Positions 58,410-64,000 of a stretch of DNA of 64,000 bases are shown piece after piece. How positions within the stretch are numbered: position 1 is the first letter of the stretch; each line of letters starts with the position of its first letter. The position numbers and the translations under genes are program-made. Below the pieces are notes generated by a model. The model saw nothing but the letters and a program-made list of their open reading frames with translations, ran no database searches and had not been told where the DNA came from. Location: contig JBOEGP010000026.1 in the NCBI GenBank assembly GCA_050633485.1, forward strand, positions 39,747 through 103,746. The letters run 5' to 3'. Origin of the DNA: Pseudooceanicola sp. (GTDB lineage: Bacteria > Pseudomonadota > Alphaproteobacteria > Rhodobacterales > Rhodobacteraceae).

Positions 58410-59051
58410 TTAGAACATGCTGCGCAAGTCAAGGACCGGCGCGCCGCGCTCCACTTCAAACGCCTTGGCGCCTGACTCTGAAATCACTTGAACCTCAACC
58501 TCTTGCGCATTCACAAACGTGTCGAAATAGGCAAAAGCGATGGTGGTGACCGCTTCGGGGTTGGCACAGGTCAAAAGGTATTCAGCGCGAAATTCGGTGT
58601 GCCCCGCCTCGTCCGCGTGATCATCGTCATGGGCGTGGTCCTCATCCTCATGATCGTCTTCGTGGTCATCCTCGTGGTCTTTTTCGTGGTCTTCATCCCC
58701 ATGGTCATCATCGTGATCATCGGCGTCGTGATCGTCCTCGCTCGCCAGCATGGCGGACGCCTGAACAACACTGCACGCGGCGGCGGCGGGCAACACAAAC
58801 AAATCCAACGGCCTGGCAAGTTTGGCGACACCATCATCAACCGCCGCGCGATCCGCGCTGCTTTCGGCCAGATATTCGAACCCGACGATATCCGCCCCGG
58901 GGGCGTGAAGCTCCATCGCGATTGTTTGGCCATCAAAGGCAATATCCAAATGCCCGACCCCATGTTCATGGGCTTCTAGCTGACGCGTATCCTGGGCCAA
59001 AACAGGCGATGCGGCCGCAGCACCAAGAACCAGTGCGGAAATAAGCTTCAT
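58410..59051 (-). CDS. zrgA: Periplasmic zinc-binding protein DUF2796 (ZrgA-like)
   Basis: Signal peptide, AHEHG, PGADIVGFE, His/Asp-rich insert, H.EF.AEY...C. Confidence 0.88.
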   Translation of the reverse strand: MKLISALVLGAAAASPVLAQDTRQLEAHEHGVGHLDIAFDGQTIAMELHAPGADIVGFEYLAESSADRAAVDDGVAKLARPLDLFVLPAAAACSVVQASAMLASEDDHDADDHDDDHGDEDHEKDHEDDHEDDHEDEDHAHDDDHADEAGHTEFRAEYLLTCANPEAVTTIAFAYFDTFVNAQEVEVQVISESGAKAFEVERGAPVLDLRSMF

Positions 59052-59080
59052 CTTGTACATCCTTGAATAAGTTATGAGAT

Positions 59081-59467
59081 TCAATCCGAGCAGCCTTTGC
59101 AACGCCCATGGATTTCGACGATATGGCGGGTTGCATGAAACGATGAACGGGCCGAAATCGCCGACAATTCCGAAAGCAAACGGGTCCCGTCGTGTTCTTC
59201 GACCGATCCGCAGTCTTCGCAGATGGCCAGCACCGGCACAGCCTCATCGTGATTGCACCGGCAGGGAACAAACGCCTTGATGGATTCCAGCTTGTGCGCG
59301 CGCCCCTGATCGGTCAGCGCCGCAAGCGCGCGGTAAATCGTCGGAGCGGCAAGATCCGGTTCATCCCGTTTCATTTGATCAAGGATCGCATAGGCGGTCA
59401 TGGGTTTGTCATGCCCATGCAAAACACCCAACACATCCGACTGTCGAATTGCAGCCTGCTTTCGCAT
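59081..59467 (-). CDS. zur: Zur-type Fur family regulator
   Basis: TAYAIL, APTIYRAL, HKLES, CEDC and CKGC. Confidence 0.85.
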   Translation of the reverse strand: MRKQAAIRQSDVLGVLHGHDKPMTAYAILDQMKRDEPDLAAPTIYRALAALTDQGRAHKLESIKAFVPCRCNHDEAVPVLAICEDCGSVEEHDGTRLLSELSAISARSSFHATRHIVEIHGRCKGCSD

Positions 59468-59502
59468 GACATCACCCCGCTTCGCGAACCCGATCTGATA
59501 AC

Positions 59503-59522
59503 TGTTATTTTATAAAGTAACA
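59503..59522. promoter_or_regulatory. Zur box
   Basis: TGTTATTTTATAAAGTAACA near-palindrome; matches the recalled alphaproteobacterial consensus GTTATGTTATAACATAAC at 15 of 18 positions; about 35 bp upstream of zur. Confidence 0.8.
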
Positions 59523-59738
59523 AATCGCAACGCTATTTGTCGGGCAAGGTTTCTGTCACCCGGACCACCGCAAACGGCAGTCGCCCTTGGGTGCGTATGT
59601 GGCTGCTGGCCCGCACCGCGCTGGCACCCGATGCGCACCTACGCCATGGCACAACGAATTGATCAGCCACAAGCCAACAAAGGGATCAGCGACGGACGAC
59701 TGATCAACCACATGAAATATTTCGAGACTTTTGAAAAA

Positions 59739-59814
59739 TGGTGCCCCCACACGGACTCGAACCGCGGACCTACTGATTACAAATCAGTTGCTCTACCAGC
59801 TGAGCTATAGGGGC
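59739..59814 (-). tRNA. tRNA-Thr(TGT)
   Basis: GCCCCTATAGCTCAGCTGGTAGAGCAACTGATTTGTAATCAGTAGGTCCGCGGTTCGAGTCCGTGTGGGGGCACCA: 76 nt cloverleaf with encoded CCA. Confidence 0.98.
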
Positions 59815-60174
59815 AACGCTTGGAAAGCGTTTCGGCGTTTTCCTGTCCGCCAACTGCACAGAGTCGGTGAAAGGTCGCGCTGATGGCGTCCGTTTAGTCG
59901 AACTGCCCGAGCGGCGCAAGATGGTCTGTGAGGGCAATTTCATGTCGTGTTTTGCATGCGTTAATCTTGCAACCGGCGCAGGGGGCAATCACCACTGCCG
60001 CGCCGCGCGGCGCGCTTCGACCCGGCCCGCCTGCCCTGACACGGTGCAAGTGCAGTGCCGGGATCGCGCGCGATGCGACGTGTCACAGGTGCCGGGCGCG
60101 GCCCAAACGCCCCATTTCCGCCGCCCCTTGGCGGATCACGCACCGATGTGACGCGATTTGAACCGCTAAAACCT

Positions 60175-61836
60175 CTAACGGTTGGCGCGGGCAAGCAGGC
60201 CGACCGCGGCCAGCCCGACAAGGATCACAAGGATGGCCGCAGGCGCTGCTTCGCCCAAGTTTTCAAGGCTGGCCTGGTCATGTACGCGGGTTGCCAGCGT
60301 GTCATAATTGAATGGGCGCAACAGCAGCGTGGCAGGCAGTTCCTTGACGCAGTCAACAAACACCAGCAACAGGGCTGACGCTAAAGAGCTACGGATGAGC
60401 GGAAAGTGGATACTGCGCAGAACCTGACCGCGGGTTCGCCCCAATGATCGCGCCGCCATCGGCAGAGATGGCGACACCCGGCCAAACGCCGCATCCGCCG
60501 CGCCCTGGGCGATGGCAAAGAACCGCACGCAATAGGCCAGAACCAGCGCAAAGGCTGACCCGGTTAGGATCAATCCGATGTCATGGCCGCTGATGGCCTC
60601 AACCCCGTCCGCCAACGCGTTGTCGGCCCGTGCGAGGGGAATCAGGATGCCAACCCCCAGAACCGCGCCGGGAGCGGCATAGCCGATGGTTGTCAGCGGC
60701 AATAGCATACGCGGCAAGACGCGCCCGGACAGGCGCACGCCGTAAACAAGAAAGACCGCCGCCAGTACCGTAACAATTGCCGCGATTCCGCCCACAGTGA
60801 TCGTGTGGATCAACGCCCGCCCTAGCGCGGGGTCCACCCAGGCGGACAGTGAATCGACCGCGTGGCTAAGGATCACGCCCGTCGGCAAAAGGAACCCAAG
60901 GGCGACCGGCACAAAACACATCACCGTGGCCAACCACCCTGCCCGGCCCGTCAACGCAATGCGTTGTACCGGGCGGTGGCCGCGCGCGGTGTTGTAAAAC
61001 CGTGACCTGCGCCGGGATGCCTTTTCAATCAGGACAAGGGCCACGACAAGGGTCAGGATCACACAGGCGATTTGCGCAGCGCCACCGGCATTGTTGCTTT
61101 CCAGCCAGGTTGAAAAGATCCCCGTGGTCAGGGTTTGAACAGCAAAATAATCAACGGTGCCAAAATCGTTCACCGTTTCCATCATCACCACCGCGACACC
61201 TGCGGCAATTGCCGGACGCGCCAGGGGCAGACCAACGCGCCGGAACCGGGCAAATGCCCCGGCCCCAAGCGACATCGCGACCTCTTCGCCCGCGCCCGCC
61301 TGTTCGCGAAACGCCGCCCGCGCCAACAGATAGACATAGGGATAAAGTGCGGCAGACAACACCAGCACCGCCGCCGGAAGGGACCGGATTTCGGGAAACC
61401 AATAATCCCGCGCGCTGGTCCAGCCCATCACCCCGCGCAGCCCGCTTTGAACCGGGCCGGCGTATTCCAGAAAATCGACCAAGGCATAGGCGCCCACATA
61501 GGCCGGGATCGCCAGAGGCAAGAGCAACAGGTATTCCAGCCACCGATCCAACGGAAACCGATACCGCGACACGATCCATGCCGCACCCGTGCCCATCATG
61601 GCGGTCATCAGCCCCACTCCGGCCATCAACCACAATGTGTTGCGCAGGTAACGCGGCAGGGTCGTTTCCACCAAATGGGGCCAGATGTTTTCGCCCCCTG
61701 ATATCATCGGCGCCATTGCGATCCAGATCACCGACAGGATCGGTGCGATCACCAGCAATGCAATTGCCGCCGCCCCGATTGACCACCCCGAAGGCAACCC
61801 GACCTTGCGGGCCGTCTGTGTCGCAACATCCTCCAT
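60175..61836 (-). CDS. Fe(III) ABC transporter permease (FbpB/FutB-like)
   Basis: LPLAIPAYV, LYPYVYLLARAAF, KELPATLLLRPFNYDTLA. Confidence 0.93.
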   Translation of the reverse strand: MEDVATQTARKVGLPSGWSIGAAAIALLVIAPILSVIWIAMAPMISGGENIWPHLVETTLPRYLRNTLWLMAGVGLMTAMMGTGAAWIVSRYRFPLDRWLEYLLLLPLAIPAYVGAYALVDFLEYAGPVQSGLRGVMGWTSARDYWFPEIRSLPAAVLVLSAALYPYVYLLARAAFREQAGAGEEVAMSLGAGAFARFRRVGLPLARPAIAAGVAVVMMETVNDFGTVDYFAVQTLTTGIFSTWLESNNAGGAAQIACVILTLVVALVLIEKASRRRSRFYNTARGHRPVQRIALTGRAGWLATVMCFVPVALGFLLPTGVILSHAVDSLSAWVDPALGRALIHTITVGGIAAIVTVLAAVFLVYGVRLSGRVLPRMLLPLTTIGYAAPGAVLGVGILIPLARADNALADGVEAISGHDIGLILTGSAFALVLAYCVRFFAIAQGAADAAFGRVSPSLPMAARSLGRTRGQVLRSIHFPLIRSSLASALLLVFVDCVKELPATLLLRPFNYDTLATRVHDQASLENLGEAAPAAILVILVGLAAVGLLARANR

Positions 61837-61924
61837 ACCACGCCCCATGCCGCAAACCGCTTTTACTGTCCAGTCGCGGCAGGATATAGACAGGCCAACC
61901 GACACACGAACAAAGCGAGCGGAA

Positions 61925-62800
61925 ATGGAAATCGTCCTGCATGCGGGCGCTCATTGCACCGACGAAGACAGGCTGATGAAATGCCTGCTTAAGAACAAAG
62001 ACCTGTTTCTGCCGCAAGGCATTGCTGTACCCGGCCCGTCCCGATACCGCCGATTGCTGCGCGATGCGGTTCAGGCATTGTCCAAGGGATCGCCCGCCGA
62101 AGGGTCCCGCGATGTCCTTCTTGAGGCGATCGTGGAACAGGACGGCGCGCAACGGGTGCTGTTATCCAACGACAATTTCTTTGGCGTCCCCAAGATCGCC
62201 GTCAGCCAGGGCCTGATCTATCCGCGCGCCCAAGACAGGCTAGGCGAATTCGCCAACCTGTTCGCCGGTGATCAACTGACCCTTGCCCTGGGCATTCGCA
62301 ATCCCGCGACATTCCTTCCCGCCCTGTTCGAAGAAAGCCCGCATGACGATTTCCTTGCCTTTCTTGATGGCACGGACCCGTTGACATTGCGCTGGTCCGA
62401 ATTGATCACCCGCTTGCGCGAAACCTGCCCGGATATTGAACTGATCGTCTGGTGCAACGAAGACACGCCGCTGATCTGGGGATCTGTCATCCGCGAGGTC
62501 GCGGGGCTGGAACATGGCACCAAAGTCACCGGCGGCTTTGATCTGTTGTCCGAAATCATGTCGAACGAAGGCATGCAAAGGTTCCGCGCCTATCTGCATT
62601 CCCATCCGGTGATGACCGAACGCCAGAAACGCCGCGTGATCGCCGCCTTTCTTGACAAATACGCGCTTGAGGACGCAATCGAACAGGAACTCGACCTGCC
62701 CGGCTGGGACGAGGCCTATGTCGATACACTGACCGAGCAATACGAAGAAGACGTATTCGCCATTGAACGCATACCCGATGTCCAATTCATCGCCCCCTAG
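61925..62800 (+). CDS. Conserved hypothetical protein (degenerate sulfotransferase-like N-terminus)
   Basis: VLHAGAHCTDE, LLSNDN, IRNPATF. Confidence 0.7.
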   Translation: MEIVLHAGAHCTDEDRLMKCLLKNKDLFLPQGIAVPGPSRYRRLLRDAVQALSKGSPAEGSRDVLLEAIVEQDGAQRVLLSNDNFFGVPKIAVSQGLIYPRAQDRLGEFANLFAGDQLTLALGIRNPATFLPALFEESPHDDFLAFLDGTDPLTLRWSELITRLRETCPDIELIVWCNEDTPLIWGSVIREVAGLEHGTKVTGGFDLLSEIMSNEGMQRFRAYLHSHPVMTERQKRRVIAAFLDKYALEDAIEQELDLPGWDEAYVDTLTEQYEEDVFAIERIPDVQFIAP

Positions 62801-63911
62801 GGGCGCGCCACTTGGCCTGTTCCTGGGCGCGCCACCGGGGCTTGAGGACACGCTCGCCAACGAGGCGCGCGCGCTTGGATTGTCGGGTGTCACCACGGTT
62901 CCGGGCGGCGTCGAAACCTTAGGCGACTGGAACGATGTCTGGCGCGCCAACCTGTGGTTGCGCGGGGCCACGCGCGTGTTGGTGCGCGTCGGTGAATTCC
63001 GTGCCATGCACCTTGCCCAACTGGACAAACGCGCCCATCGTTTCGATTGGGCCTCGCTCCTGCGCGCCGATTTGCCGGTCAAGGTCGAAGCGACGTGCAA
63101 ACGGTCGAAAATCTATCACGCGGGTGCGGCGACCCAACGTATTGAACGCGCCATTTCCGATACGGTCGGCGCACCAATCGCCAAGGATGCGGCAATCACC
63201 GTCCGCCTGCGGATCGAAGATGACCTGTGCACCATATCACTTGATACATCAGGCGAAGCATTGCACCGTCGCGGTCACAAACTGGCCGTCGGCAAGGCAC
63301 CGATCCGCGAAACCATGGCCGCATTGTTCCTGCGCCAATGCGGGTATGATGGCAGCCAACCGGTCATTGACCCGATGTGCGGATCCGGCACATTCGTCAT
63401 CGAAGCCGCCGAAATCGCGCTTGGCCTTGCCCCAGGCCGATCCCGCACCTTTGCGTTCGAAAAATTGGCCAGCTTTGACGCCACCGCCTGGGCCGCCATC
63501 AGGGCCGACATTCCCGGCCCATCATCGCCCCCACCGTCCTTTTACGGCAGCGACCGCGATCAGGGCGCAATCTCTGGCGCGCGCGCCAACGCGGACCGCG
63601 CGGGCGTTGCGGCCATCACCGAATTCGCCTGTCACGCATTCAGCGACCTGCCGCGCCCCGCCGGCCCACCGGGGCTGATCATGATCAACCCGCCCTACGG
63701 CGGGCGGATCGGCAATCGCAAATTGCTGTTTTCGCTATACGGAAGCCTGGGTCAGATCCTTAAGGACCGGTTCAAAGGCTGGCAGCTTGGCATGGTCACC
63801 AGTGACGGCGGCCTGGCCAAATCCATGGGGCTCAAATTCTCGTACACCAGCCCGCCAATCCCGCACGGCGGGCTTCAGGTCAAACTCTATCGCGCCGACC
63901 CGATCACCTGA
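62778..63911 (+). CDS. THUMP-domain RNA m2G methyltransferase (RlmL-like)
   Basis: LDTSGEALHRRG, APIRETMAA, DPMCGSGT, NPPYG. Confidence 0.92.
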   Translation: MSNSSPPRGAPLGLFLGAPPGLEDTLANEARALGLSGVTTVPGGVETLGDWNDVWRANLWLRGATRVLVRVGEFRAMHLAQLDKRAHRFDWASLLRADLPVKVEATCKRSKIYHAGAATQRIERAISDTVGAPIAKDAAITVRLRIEDDLCTISLDTSGEALHRRGHKLAVGKAPIRETMAALFLRQCGYDGSQPVIDPMCGSGTFVIEAAEIALGLAPGRSRTFAFEKLASFDATAWAAIRADIPGPSSPPPSFYGSDRDQGAISGARANADRAGVAAITEFACHAFSDLPRPAGPPGLIMINPPYGGRIGNRKLLFSLYGSLGQILKDRFKGWQLGMVTSDGGLAKSMGLKFSYTSPPIPHGGLQVKLYRADPIT

Positions 63912-63967
63912 TCTGCCCGGCCCGGCCCGCCCCCGCTGCTGGCCCCGAATGCAGCCCTGGTCCCAAC

Positions 63968-63996
63968 GAAAAAGGCCCCGCCAATGGCAGGGCCTC
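63968..63996. terminator. Rho-independent terminator (T-tract on the minus strand)
   Basis: AAAAAGGCCCCGCCA-A-TGGCAGGGCCT hairpin. Confidence 0.6.
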
Positions 63997-64000
63997 AAAA

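Noticed and set aside
59739-59760. Intact prophage or ICE at tRNA-Thr
   Set aside because: No integrase, phage or conjugation genes, and no tRNA 3' duplication seen by eye
1-64000. CRISPR arrays, IS elements, rRNA, anti-phage defence genes
   Set aside because: No regularly spaced repeats, transposases or recognisable defence domains seen

Overview
High-GC alphaproteobacterial chromosome segment; gene content and motifs suggest Rhodobacteraceae/Roseobacter group (inference). Left to right: (1) 1-9.7 kb, a catabolic cluster (FAH-family, GST, MBL hydrolase, TRAP dctPQM, enoyl-CoA hydratase, an acyl-CoA dehydrogenase pair, CaiB CoA-transferase); (2) 9.8-18.5 kb, housekeeping genes (uup, a P450 plus alpha/beta-hydrolase pair, ccdA, tusA, rne); (3) 19.1-49.8 kb, a ~31 kb Wzx/Wzy-type polysaccharide locus (priming transferase, three GTs, Wzx, Wzy-like, Wzc, glycoside hydrolase, pyruvyl-, methyl- and acyl-transferases) with a hybrid NRPS-PKS assembly line in its middle (A-T-KS-AT-ACP-aminotransferase-C-A(Gly)-T, then C*-T-TE(Cys), an Sfp PPTase and a membrane-anchored CocE/NonD hydrolase); (4) 50-59.5 kb, accessory regulators/oxidoreductases and a Zur-boxed zur-zrgABCDD' zinc operon; (5) tRNA-Thr(TGT), an iron ABC permease, a hypothetical protein and a THUMP RNA methyltransferase. 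The best candidate for an undescribed system is the NRPS-PKS embedded in the polysaccharide locus. Its non-canonical terminal module suggests it may make a peptide-polyketide substituent that is transferred onto a surface glycan rather than a free metabolite. All calls come from reading motifs by eye; no searches were run, and start codons were trimmed by eye.
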